From the NCBI GenBank assembly GCA_031431875.1, contig JANPEF010000120.1, forward strand, positions 1-24,707: a stretch of DNA of 24,707 bases, written 5' to 3'. Under the pieces are notes generated by a model. It was not told where the DNA came from, ran no database searches, and was given only the letters and a program-made list of their open reading frames with translations. Positions 17,001 through 24,608 of this stretch are shown here, piece by piece. The position numbers were made by a program, and so were the translations under genes. Numbering within the stretch: position 1 is the first letter of the stretch; each line of letters opens with the position of its first letter. The stretch comes from Candidatus Eiseniibacteriota bacterium (GTDB taxonomy: Bacteria; Eisenbacteria; RBG-16-71-46; DASYSL01).

Positions 17001-17902
17001 ACGTGATCGATGAGCCACTGCCCATCGTGCGACGAGGCGAGAACGATGCCGTCGGCGGACGCGTGGATCGCGCCGGTCAGGCGCGCCTCGCGGGCGGCAG
17101 TCTCGGCCCGCGCGTGCTCGATCTCCACGTGCGCATCGGCCATTGCCCGGGCGAGGACGCCGATCTCGTCCTCGCGCCGCACGAACTCCGCGAAGTCCGT
17201 GGCCAGCGCGTCGCGGCGGCCGGCCGCTGCGGCAAGCGCACCGAGCGGTCGCGACAGCACGACGCGGAGAAGGAGCCACAGCGCGAGGCCCAGCGCGAGC
17301 GAGAACAGGAGTCCCGAGCGGTGATACTCGAAGTGGCGTGCCGCGCGCGCTGCCGCGGTGGCCGAGGTGTCCCACGTCAGCAGCAGGACCTCGGGCTGCG
17401 GGGTGCGCGGCCCGACGCGCGGCGTGTGCCGCACGGGATCGAGCGGAGCGACGGCGAACAGCGAGTCGCCGTCGGCCTGGTAGTCGGCCCACGCGCCGTG
17501 CATGCGGGCGCACGTGAGCCAGGCGCCCTGGGAATCGCCATGCGCCCCATCGCCGGGCACCTCGACCGTGCGGCCGATGCGCGAGGCATCGTTCGACCAC
17601 ACGATGGTCCTGTTGCGATCGACCAGTGCAGCGCGAGCGTCGGGAGAGGGCAGGTCGCCGACGGCGTCGATGGCCTCCTCGACCTCGATCACGTCGCCGG
17701 CGGAACGGTTCCACGCCCCGGCCATCCGCTCGGCGGCCTGGCGCGCCCGGGCGACCCCCTCGTCGACGCGGCGAGACTGGTCGCCGCGCCAGTTGAGCTC
17801 GACCTTGAGGGAAAGGGCGAGCGCCAGGCACACCGAGACCGTGACGGCGATCCGGGGAGCCAGCGAACGGTGCGGGATGACGACCTGTGGCAAGGAGCCC
17901 AT
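14021..17902 (-). CDS. Membrane-bound hybrid sensor histidine kinase (2 TM, HAMP, PAS, 3 GAF, HisKA, HATPase, REC); start ATG 17902 or 17944
   Basis: HAMP RPLGAL...REDEIGVLA; PAS end GRLWVVRDVT; three GAF ends ALENARL, VLQNARL, ALKNAQL; H-box GEMASGVAHDFNN; N-box NLILNALDAM; DTGIGM; FDPFFTTK; GLGLS; REC ILVADDE...LTDLGMP...AKPF. Confidence 0.95.
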   Translation of the reverse strand: MGSLPQVVIPHRSLAPRIAVTVSVCLALALSLKVELNWRGDQSRRVDEGVARARQAAERMAGAWNRSAGDVIEVEEAIDAVGDLPSPDARAALVDRNRTIVWSNDASRIGRTVEVPGDGAHGDSQGAWLTCARMHGAWADYQADGDSLFAVAPLDPVRHTPRVGPRTPQPEVLLLTWDTSATAAARAARHFEYHRSGLLFSLALGLALWLLLRVVLSRPLGALAAAAGRRDALATDFAEFVRREDEIGVLARAMADAHVEIEHARAETAAREARLTGAIHASADGIVLASSHDGQWLIDHVNEPFARLCGRPATAFEGRSVEQGLAALADRWADPRAAAQWVARALERPELEATRSGALRAATPAGAAAGGDGLLLVDVTTRPVRDGAGRPIGRLWVVRDVTRERADDRRLRRQNQELAALDLVGRRVSRSLDRADVLASALTSLREVFDAPYGWVGAPSVVAADPVSAALAAHGAASSAGVVVSIADVGAEPALDAALGGLARSVVVLPLRDSAGTVAALALGRLRPHAFSDDEIALLRRILRPIDAALENARLFARTEAQLVENQTLTEVSRSVGKADALEAVLEDILRVVHQRLHYRNAAILLPDESGRTLYVRASVGYHANLATIRLPADGDSVTARTLRDGVVINVADVTAEAGYVAATDDIRSELALPLRIGDRVLGVLDVESDRLAAFGPDDERLLASVANQAAMVLQNARLLVETRARATRFEAVNEIARAVSSTLDPRRLDRAIVSQLARVVPCERYAVLHYDHEARRVRRTVALDVSSGVADDGDDLAWSFEEAIDPETLTPHRAFVLADLGVERCSVEARVVAEGMASLVLVPIALDGVVTAAIVAASARAEGFDDGQVRLLEAVSYHVGVALKNAQLFTRLQDSYTQLDEAQDGLVRSEKLRALGEMASGVAHDFNNVLGAILGRAQLLKLALGDGAGDRDTAAELEIIEKAAQDGAATVRRLQDFTRVRTDHGFRPVALAQVIEDSLSLTRGRWRDEAGRAGIAYEVAHTPGAVPDVAGEASELREVLTNLILNALDAMPEGGTLRLGTDRTPTGEVCLTVADTGIGMDDEERVRIFDPFFTTKGVRGVGLGLSVVYGIVQRHGGRIEVTSAPGRGTSMHVILPAAEGTVLATAVPATPPRPGATVFATGPALRILVADDEPGVRTLLADLLRVAGHTAEAFASGRELVAALEASTRDLQSPPVDLVLTDLGMPEMSGWDVASAVRGRPDAPPVVLVTGWGIQLDDQLLAESGVTDVIAKPFTLEDVLEVVRRAARRNAA

Positions 17903-17979
17903 TGCCCCGGGGTTATCGGCCGGAAATGAAAGCCCTGAAGCCATTTGCAACGATCGCCCCCGGCCCCTAGGGTGGGTCC

Positions 17980-18864
17980 GTGACCCCCCTCGTCCTGACC
18001 GCGATGCTCGTCTACACCGTCCTCGCCGGCGCCACGTTCCTCGTCGCCCGGGTGACCGTCGGCGAGTTCGATCCGCTCGCCCTGGCGCAACTGCGCTTCG
18101 GGCTGGCCGCGGCTGCGCTTGCCGCCCTGCTGGTCACGCGGCGGGGTTTTCGCTCCGGGCTGGCCGCGCTCGTGCCACCGCGCGGGTTGCGCTTGCGGGT
18201 GTTCGTCCTCGGCGTGCTCGGCACGACGCTCAACCAGGGGCTGTTCCTGCTCGGCATGAAGCACACGATCCCGCCGCACGCAGCGCTGCTCTACGCGACG
18301 ACGCCGCTGCTGGTGCTCGTCCTCGCGCTCGCGCGCCGGCAGGAAAGGCTGGTGCCCATGCGCGCCGCGGGCATGGCGCTGGCGTTTGCCGGTGTGGCGT
18401 TCCTGCTGTTCGGGGGCGGTCCCGGCGACGGCGGCGCGACGCTGCTTGGTGACGGGCTCGTGTTCGGCGCGGTCATCGCGTGGGCGGGGTACACCGCGGG
18501 CAGCCGCGAGTTGCTCGCCCATCTCGACCCGCTCGAGCTCACCGCTGCGGCGACGGTGATGGGCGCGCTGGTCTTCCTTCCGGTCGGCGTCCCCGCCGTG
18601 CTGGCGCAGGACTGGACGCGCATCACCGGACACGGCTGGTTCGGGCTCGCCTACATCAGCTTCGTCACCTCGGTCCTGACCTACCTGATCTGGTCGTGGG
18701 CGCTGTCCCGCACCGAGGCCAGCCGCGTCGCCGTGTTCACCAACTTGCAGCCCATCGTCGCCGCGCTCCTGGCCTGGGCGATCCTCGACACGCCGCTCAC
18801 GGGCCACTTCGCGACCTCGACGGCGATCGTCCTGGCCGGGGTCGCGCTGGCCGAGCGGCGGTAG
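17980..18864 (+). CDS. EamA/DMT family transporter
   Basis: 294 aa with about 10 hydrophobic segments in two EamA repeats; motifs P..LA.LRF, GD.LV..AV.AWA.YT, ASRVAVFTNLQP. Confidence 0.92.
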   Translation: MTPLVLTAMLVYTVLAGATFLVARVTVGEFDPLALAQLRFGLAAAALAALLVTRRGFRSGLAALVPPRGLRLRVFVLGVLGTTLNQGLFLLGMKHTIPPHAALLYATTPLLVLVLALARRQERLVPMRAAGMALAFAGVAFLLFGGGPGDGGATLLGDGLVFGAVIAWAGYTAGSRELLAHLDPLELTAAATVMGALVFLPVGVPAVLAQDWTRITGHGWFGLAYISFVTSVLTYLIWSWALSRTEASRVAVFTNLQPIVAALLAWAILDTPLTGHFATSTAIVLAGVALAERR

Positions 18865-19164
18865 AGCTCCCGCTTTGCCCGACGCCCTGCATCCTGCAAC
18901 TGCGCCGGCACCGCCCCGACGCACTCCGGGCAAGCCAACTGCCTGCCCGGAAAAGACTTGACCCCGTCGGGGCTCCGCCCCGACAACATGGCACGCCCCA
19001 TGCACATCCCCGCCGGGACCAAGTGCGTCCTCGGCCTGCGCGGGAGACATGGCTATCGCCCGACCGCGCAGGGCCTGCTAGCCTTGGAGGATCACGCCTT
19101 CAATTCGGACCGGAACCGACCGCCACGCACCGATGGACCGAACATCAGGCCCTGGAACGAATCC

Positions 19165-21723
19165 ATGACCGAACGTCGCCGCACCCCGACCGTCGCACTC
19201 GCCGTCGCCCTGGCGACCGCCGCCACCGCTCTTGTCGCGCTGACCGGGCCTACCGCCGCCCAGACGCCGCGCAACATCGAAGCCGATCTCACCCGCCTCG
19301 AGCACAGTGCCCTCGCCCGCTTTCGCATGCAGCAGGACCCAGTGCGCGGTGAAGTCATCGGTGTGCTCATTCGCGGGACCGTCTCGCCCGACCTGGTCCG
19401 CGCCATGGGTGGCGACGTCAATACGGTCGCCGGCGACGTGATGAGCGTCCGCATGCCGCTGTCGGCCGCGCCCGCGATCGCGCGCCTGCCGGGTGTCGAG
19501 TCGATGCGCCTGGCGATGCCGCTCGAGAAGCATAACGACCTCGCCGTCGTCGACGCCGATGCGAACGGCAAGCGCTCGCAGTCGCCGCCCCTGCAGGGTT
19601 GGAACGGCAACAACGTGGTCGTCGGCTTCGTCGACTCGGGCATCCAGTACCAGCACGATGACTTCAAGAACCCCGACGGCACGACGCGCCTGATCGGCAT
19701 CTGGGACCAGAACGTGGGCGGCTCGCCACCCGCGGGCTACGGGTACGGCAACGACTGCACGATCGCCCAGATCAACGCCGGCACCTGCGCGCAGACCGAC
19801 GGGGAGGGCCACGGCACGCACGTCGCGGGCATCGCCGCCGGCGACGGCAGCGCGACCGGCAACGCGGTTCCCCAGTTCAAGTACGTGGGCATGGCGAACA
19901 AGGCGGGGATCGTCATGGTGAAGACGCTCTTCACCGACCAGGGCCTGATCGACGGCGTGAGCTACTGCTTCGCGAAGGCCGCTGCACTGGGCCGACCGTG
20001 CGTCGTCAACCTGTCGCTTGGCTCGAACCTGGGACCGCACGACGGCTCGACCGACCTCGAGATTGCGCTCAACTCGATGACCGGCCCCGGCAAGGTGATT
20101 GTCGGCTCGGCGGGCAACGACTTCGGCACCGGCACGCACGCGCGCTGCACGTCGACGGTTGCCGCCGACTCGGCGAGCTTCACCGTGCCCGTGTATGCGG
20201 GGAGCGCGTCCACCGACTTCTTCCTGCTCGACGGCTGGTACGAAGGCGCGGACAACTACCGCATCACGCTCATCTCACCGACAGGCAAGACGTTCGGTCC
20301 GGTCAACAAGGGGTCGTTCTTCGTTGCGCCGGCCGCCGGCGGCGACGCGCAGAACGCCGACGGCCGCGTCTACATCGAGAATGGCACCGCACCGACGGCG
20401 AACGGCGATGCCAACGTCTACATCGAGGTGAGCGACGTGTCCGCCGCGCCCAAGCCGCGCAACGGCGCCTGGCGCGTGCGCATCACGCCGGTCGCGGTCG
20501 CCACCAGCGGACGCGTGCACTTCTGGTCGTACTCGAACCTGACACCGGACTTCCAGGACGGCACCTTCACCACGCGGGCCACCAACGACGAAACGGTGAG
20601 CGCGCCGGCGACGGCCGACTCGGTGATCAGCGTCGCCGCCCACGCCTCCCGCGCCAGCTGGACGTCGTCGGCCCCGGGCCAGCCCGGCCCGTGGGCGTTC
20701 GGCGAGGTGCTCAATGCGATCGCCACGTTCTCGGCCTCGGGCCCCCGTCGCGATGGCGTGATGAAGCCCGATCTCTCGGCGCCCGGTTCGGCGATCGCGT
20801 CGGCGCTGTCGACCACGTGGGTGGCCGGCGGTGCGGGGGCCGGCTACGACGCGCGTCTCGCCGTGGACGACGGCAAGCATGCGATCCAGCAGGGCACGTC
20901 GATGTCGGCGCCCATGGTCGCGGGCGCCGTGGCGATGTTGCTGCAGCAGGACCCGAACATGGGACCGACGCTGGCCCGCCAGCGCCTGGTGCTCGGCGCC
21001 CGTGTCGATGCGCAGGTGACCGGCCAGGGCGCGGTGCCGAACAAGCGCTTCGGCGCCGGCAAGCTCGACCTGGGCACGGTGTTGCCGAACCTCGACACGG
21101 TGGCCCCGACGGCGGCGCTCGCGCGCCCCAATGGCGCCGAGATCTTCCTCGTCGGCACGAACGAGTCGGTCGAGTGGACGGCGGCGGACAACATCGGCGT
21201 CACCTCGGTCGACCTGCACGTCTCCAGCGACAACGGCCTCAACTGGGATCCGATCGCCACCGGGATCGCCAATAGCGGCAGTTACCTGTGGTCGGTGCCG
21301 AACACGCCGTCGACCGACGCGCTGGTGCGCATCACAGCGCGCGACACGCAGAACCAGGTGATCGACGTCAGCGACGCGGTGTTCACCATCGCGTCGAACG
21401 TCGACAGTGGTCCCGCGTCGCTGGCCTTCGCCGTGCGCAAGCCGACGCCGAGCCCGTTCTCCTCGGCCACCTCCATCGGGTTCGACCTGCCGGCCGCGGG
21501 CACGGGTTCCGTCGGTGGCGCATGGCCGGTGCGGGTGCGCGTCTTCAACCTGGCCGGGCGCCTGGTGAAGACCGTCGTCGATGCACCGCTGCCTCCGGGT
21601 GCACACGCCGCGCTGTGGGACGGCCGCGACGAGCGCGGGCTGCGCCAGGCCGCGGGCGTGTACTTCGTCGAAGTGTCGACGCCGGTGAACACGGGGAAGG
21701 TGCGGGCGGTGTACCTCAGGTAG
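19165..21723 (+). CDS. Secreted S8 subtilisin-like protease (Csp-like, with inserted domain), Ig-like domain and C-terminal FlgD-Ig domain
   Basis: Signal peptide from ATG 19165. Triad VDSGI / GHGTHVAGIAAG / GTSMSAP and oxyanion SAGND. DF..PDGTTR...IWDQ is characteristic of Csp-type subtilases. C-terminus FNLAGRLVK...WDGRDERG...AAGVYF. Confidence 0.94.
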   Translation: MTERRRTPTVALAVALATAATALVALTGPTAAQTPRNIEADLTRLEHSALARFRMQQDPVRGEVIGVLIRGTVSPDLVRAMGGDVNTVAGDVMSVRMPLSAAPAIARLPGVESMRLAMPLEKHNDLAVVDADANGKRSQSPPLQGWNGNNVVVGFVDSGIQYQHDDFKNPDGTTRLIGIWDQNVGGSPPAGYGYGNDCTIAQINAGTCAQTDGEGHGTHVAGIAAGDGSATGNAVPQFKYVGMANKAGIVMVKTLFTDQGLIDGVSYCFAKAAALGRPCVVNLSLGSNLGPHDGSTDLEIALNSMTGPGKVIVGSAGNDFGTGTHARCTSTVAADSASFTVPVYAGSASTDFFLLDGWYEGADNYRITLISPTGKTFGPVNKGSFFVAPAAGGDAQNADGRVYIENGTAPTANGDANVYIEVSDVSAAPKPRNGAWRVRITPVAVATSGRVHFWSYSNLTPDFQDGTFTTRATNDETVSAPATADSVISVAAHASRASWTSSAPGQPGPWAFGEVLNAIATFSASGPRRDGVMKPDLSAPGSAIASALSTTWVAGGAGAGYDARLAVDDGKHAIQQGTSMSAPMVAGAVAMLLQQDPNMGPTLARQRLVLGARVDAQVTGQGAVPNKRFGAGKLDLGTVLPNLDTVAPTAALARPNGAEIFLVGTNESVEWTAADNIGVTSVDLHVSSDNGLNWDPIATGIANSGSYLWSVPNTPSTDALVRITARDTQNQVIDVSDAVFTIASNVDSGPASLAFAVRKPTPSPFSSATSIGFDLPAAGTGSVGGAWPVRVRVFNLAGRLVKTVVDAPLPPGAHAALWDGRDERGLRQAAGVYFVEVSTPVNTGKVRAVYLR

Positions 21724-21733
21724 CAGGCGGCGG

Positions 21734-21756
21734 TCGCTCCTCGATCCGGGGAGCGA
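21734..21756 (+). terminator. Hairpin just after the S8 protease stop
   Basis: TCGCTCCTC-5-GGGGAGCGA; no U-tract. Confidence 0.35.
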
Positions 21757-21810
21757 GATGAGGCGTTCTCGCCACCTTCGATGGAAGTGGTTCGAGTTTG
21801 CAATCACGAA

Positions 21811-21850
21811 ACGCCCTCTCTCGCCTCTGCGGGAGGGGGCGTCGTCGTTT
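21811..21850 (+). terminator. Likely intrinsic (possibly bidirectional) terminator
   Basis: 14-bp stem ACGCCCTCTCTCGC/GCGGGAGGGGGCGT with two G-U pairs on the + strand, flanked by AAA and CGTTT; lies between convergent units. Confidence 0.6.
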
Positions 21851-21874
21851 GGTCTCGGCTGACTGGTTCGTTGA

Positions 21875-21979
21875 TTACGCCGCGTCGATTTCGACGAAGA
21901 GCACGTCCGAGACCGGCGGGGGAACGTGCGCGCCCCAGCTCGTCGGGCCGGGTTCGAGAACCACCATGTATCGACTCAT
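21875..21979 (-). pseudogene. hicB: Internally deleted HicB-family antitoxin remnant (34 aa)
   Basis: Hand translation MSRYMVVLEPGPTSWGAHVP|PPVSDVLFVEIDAA*. It joins the N-terminus (Y.VV.E...SWGA.VP) and C-terminus (P.P.S....VE..AA) of short HicB proteins and lacks the DLPGC...EAI core. GGAGGG RBS. Confidence 0.75.
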
Positions 21980-22049
21980 GAATCACCCTCCCTCTTCACC
22001 AGCCTGGCTTGCTTGAGATCAGGAGGCGGAGCAGCTCTCCCACCTTCAC
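21976..22049 (-). pseudogene. hicA: Internally deleted, frameshifted HicA-family toxin remnant
   Basis: GGAG-5nt-GTG AAG GTG GGA GAG CTG CTC CGC CTC CTG (MKVGELLRLL) is joined out of frame to CTC AAG CAA GCC AGG CTG... (LKQARLVKREGDS*), whose TGA overlaps the hicB ATG. The GSH catalytic core is absent. Confidence 0.65.
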
Positions 22050-22151
22050 CCACGCTCCGGATCTCCGGGGGCGGGACAATCGGGGCGAGACGAGCATCGC
22101 ATGCCATTCACAGCGCGGCTCGCTGGAGCGAGCGAAGGAGCGGCAGATTTT

Positions 22152-22697
22152 CTACCCGCGCGCGAGCGCCAGCACGAGCCCGCCGAACAGCGCCATCTCC
22201 GCCATTCGCTGGACGAGTCCGCGCACCGCCGCAAGCGCCGGCAGCGAAAACACGACGACGGCCACCGCGACCGCTCCCGCCGCAACCAGGTACGGCGACC
22301 CGCCCGTCTCGGACAGCCGGAAGAGCACGGCGGCCCCGCCGACGTATTCGACCGCGCCGCCCAGGTTGTGCAGCGCCTGCCGCGGCGAGCCGACCGCCGG
22401 AGCCCCGCGGTCGCAGGGTGCAAGAGCTGCCGCGACGTAGCCGATTGCGATGCACAGGGTGAGCGCTCCGGCCGCGGGCGCAGGCGTGTACACGAGCAGC
22501 GCGACCACGCCCAGCGCAACGCCGACCGGAAGGAACCATCCGTACGCGACCAATCGCGCGTTCGGATCGCCGACCTCGCCCAGCTCGCTGATCGTGTCGC
22601 GAGTGTGGCTGTATCCGGGCTTTCGCGCGCCGAAGCGCACGATGCCGAAGGCGAGATGGAGCGCGGAGAGAAGGATGAGAACGAGCGCCGCGCTCAC
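22152..22697 (-). CDS. DUF998 family membrane protein (181 aa)
   Basis: GTG at 22697 overlaps the hflX stop (GTGA). PGYSHTRDTISELG motif, PCD...H, RGLVQR; several TM segments. Confidence 0.85.
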   Translation of the reverse strand: MSAALVLILLSALHLAFGIVRFGARKPGYSHTRDTISELGEVGDPNARLVAYGWFLPVGVALGVVALLVYTPAPAAGALTLCIAIGYVAAALAPCDRGAPAVGSPRQALHNLGGAVEYVGGAAVLFRLSETGGSPYLVAAGAVAVAVVVFSLPALAAVRGLVQRMAEMALFGGLVLALARG

Positions 22698-23998
22698 CGC
22701 GCGTCGGGCGACGCGTCGCGGGCCGCGGCCGCCCGCCGATCCGCCGCAGCCTTGGCGCTCGCCGCCCTTGAGTCCCGCCGCGCCTGCCAGAGCTTCTCCC
22801 GCAGCTCGTTCATCCCCTCGCCCTTCAGCGCCGAGACGCGCAAGGCGCCGGCGAACTCGATGGGCAGCGCGTAGTAGGTCGGCTCCTCGGTGATCACGTC
22901 CGCCTTGTTGAACACGACGAGCGTGGGCCGGGCCGGCGGCGGCGTGTCGGCGGTCGGGTCGGCGGCGCGCACGGCAGCGGCGGCCTTCCTGGCCGCAGCT
23001 CCCTCGGGGGCGGCGATGGCGGCGAGCACCTCCTCGACGTTCCGCATGTGGCCGCGGAACTCGGGATCGCTCGCGTCGACGACGTGCAGCCACAGGTCGG
23101 CCTCGATCACCTCGGCCAGCGTCGAGCGGAACGACGCGACGAGATGATGCGGCAGCTTGCGGATGAATCCCACCGTGTCGGTGAGCAGCAGCAGTTCGCG
23201 GTTCGCGTTGACCATGCGCCGCGTGGTCGCGTCGAGCGTGGCGAACAGGCGGTCCTCGGCCTTGACGTCGGCGCGGGTCAGCGCGTTGAACAGCGTGCTC
23301 TTGCCCGCGTTGGTGTAGCCGACGACCGCGACGCGGAATTCGTTGGCGCGCGACTGCCGCTGCACGCGGCGCTCCTTCTCGACGACGGCCAGCTCGCGCT
23401 TGAGCAGCGCGACGCGATCGCGCGCCAGGCGGCGGTCGGTCTCGAGCTGGCTCTCGCCGGGTCCACGCGTGCCGATGCCGCCGCCCAGGCGTTCGAGATG
23501 CGACCACATGTGGCGCAGGCGCGGCAGACTGTACTCGAGCTGTGCGACCTCGACCTGCAGGCGTGACTCGCGCGTGCGCGCATGCCTGGCGAAGATCGAG
23601 AGGATGATCTCGGAGCGGTCAACGACCTTGCGATCGAGGGCCTTCTCGAGGTTGCGCACCTGCGCGGGCGTGAGGTCGTCGTCGCAGATCAGCGTGTCGG
23701 CGCTGGTCGACGCCATCAATCCCTTGAGCTCGTCGAGCTTGCCCTTCGAGAAGAGCGTCGCCGGTTGTGGCGTTCCGCGCTTCTGGATGAGTTCGCCGAC
23801 GACGATCGTCCCCGCCGTGTCGGCGAGGCGGCCCAGTTCGTCGAGTGAGGCGCGGGCTTCGGCGAGCGGGCGGCGGCCGGCGAAGCCGGCAAGCACGGTG
23901 CGTTCGGGGCGCTGGTCCTGTCGTGGATCGTGAATGGGAGGGCCTCCAGGGAGCGACGAACCGGCCGGACGGAAGGGTCCGGGAGCCGGCGGCGTCAC
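22694..23998 (-). CDS. hflX: Ribosome-splitting GTPase HflX; start GTG 23998 or possibly ATT 23935
   Basis: SLDEL..LADTAG, GKLDEL, LTPAQVRNLE, LQVEVAQL.Y.LPRL, GGGIGTRGPGESQLETDRR; G1 GYTNAGKS, G2 LFATLD, G3 DTVGFI, G4 NKAD, G5 SA. Confidence 0.97.
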   Translation of the reverse strand: MTPPAPGPFRPAGSSLPGGPPIHDPRQDQRPERTVLAGFAGRRPLAEARASLDELGRLADTAGTIVVGELIQKRGTPQPATLFSKGKLDELKGLMASTSADTLICDDDLTPAQVRNLEKALDRKVVDRSEIILSIFARHARTRESRLQVEVAQLEYSLPRLRHMWSHLERLGGGIGTRGPGESQLETDRRLARDRVALLKRELAVVEKERRVQRQSRANEFRVAVVGYTNAGKSTLFNALTRADVKAEDRLFATLDATTRRMVNANRELLLLTDTVGFIRKLPHHLVASFRSTLAEVIEADLWLHVVDASDPEFRGHMRNVEEVLAAIAAPEGAAARKAAAAVRAADPTADTPPPARPTLVVFNKADVITEEPTYYALPIEFAGALRVSALKGEGMNELREKLWQARRDSRAASAKAAADRRAAAARDASPDAR

Positions 23999-24004
23999 GC
24001 CCGG

Positions 24005-24033
24005 AGTCTAGGCCCCACCCGGAACCCGGTCAA
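24005..24033 (-). promoter_or_regulatory. Sigma-70-type hflX promoter TTGACC-N17-TAGACT
   Basis: -35 at 24033..24028 and -10 at 24010..24005; predicted start site near 23998. Confidence 0.7.
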
Positions 24034-24078
24034 CCGGGCCAAGTTACGACGAGGCAAGGACTTTGCCCGTTCCACTTC

Positions 24079-24107
24079 TTGACGCACCCGCTCCTGGACG
24101 GTAGCCT
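24079..24107 (+). promoter_or_regulatory. Sigma-70-type trxA promoter TTGACG-N17-TAGCCT
   Basis: -35 at 24079-24084 and -10 at 24102-24107; divergent from the hflX promoter. Confidence 0.7.
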
Positions 24108-24199
24108 TCCTGTGACGGCGCGCACCGATTGGGACGCGCCTGCGTCTAATGGAATGCACGGCAACATGATCCCCCCGACCCGTCGAACGGAGGTCCACC

Positions 24200-24529
24200 A
24201 TGGCGAACGCTCTCGCCGCCACCGATCAGAACTTCGAAGCCGAAGTGCTCAACTCCGATCTCCCCGTCCTCGTCGACTTCTGGGCGACCTGGTGCGGCCC
24301 GTGCAAGATGGTCGCGCCGATCCTCGACGAGATCGCGGGTGAGTACGTCGGCAAGCTCAAGGTGGCCAAGGTGGACGTCGACCAGAACCCCGGCATCGCC
24401 GGCCGCTACGGGATCCGCAGCATCCCCAGCCTGTTCCTGTTCAAGAACGGCCAGGTCGTCGAACAGCTCGTCGGCGCGATGCCGAAGCCGGCGATCCTGA
24501 AGAAGATCGAGGGACACCTGCCGGCGTAG
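24200..24529 (+). CDS. trxA: Thioredoxin
   Basis: [26 protein letters not shown]...VGA; GGAGG-6nt-ATG. Confidence 0.98.
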   Translation: MANALAATDQNFEAEVLNSDLPVLVDFWATWCGPCKMVAPILDEIAGEYVGKLKVAKVDVDQNPGIAGRYGIRSIPSLFLFKNGQVVEQLVGAMPKPAILKKIEGHLPA

Positions 24530-24568
24530 TCCCGCCACGCAGCAGTACCTCGCGCGTCACGAAGCACG

Positions 24569-24604
24569 AACGGGCGGTCCTCCTCGCGGGGAGCCGCCCG
24601 TTTC
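24569..24604. terminator. Probable bidirectional terminator
   Basis: AACGGGCGG...CCGCCCGTT stem with inner CTCC/GGAG pairing, between trxA and a convergent gene. Confidence 0.6.
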
Positions 24605-24608
24605 GCAC

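Noticed and set aside
14333..17929. 1198-aa plus-strand ORF
   Set aside because: Antisense shadow of the histidine kinase; no domain signal.
22093..22107. Minus-strand TGGCATGCGATGC as a sigma-54 promoter for hicAB
   Set aside because: GG-to-GC spacing is 8 nt, not the required 10.
22698..23507. N-terminal extension of ORF 22152..23507
   Set aside because: Overlaps hflX in another frame; DUF998 starts at GTG 22697.
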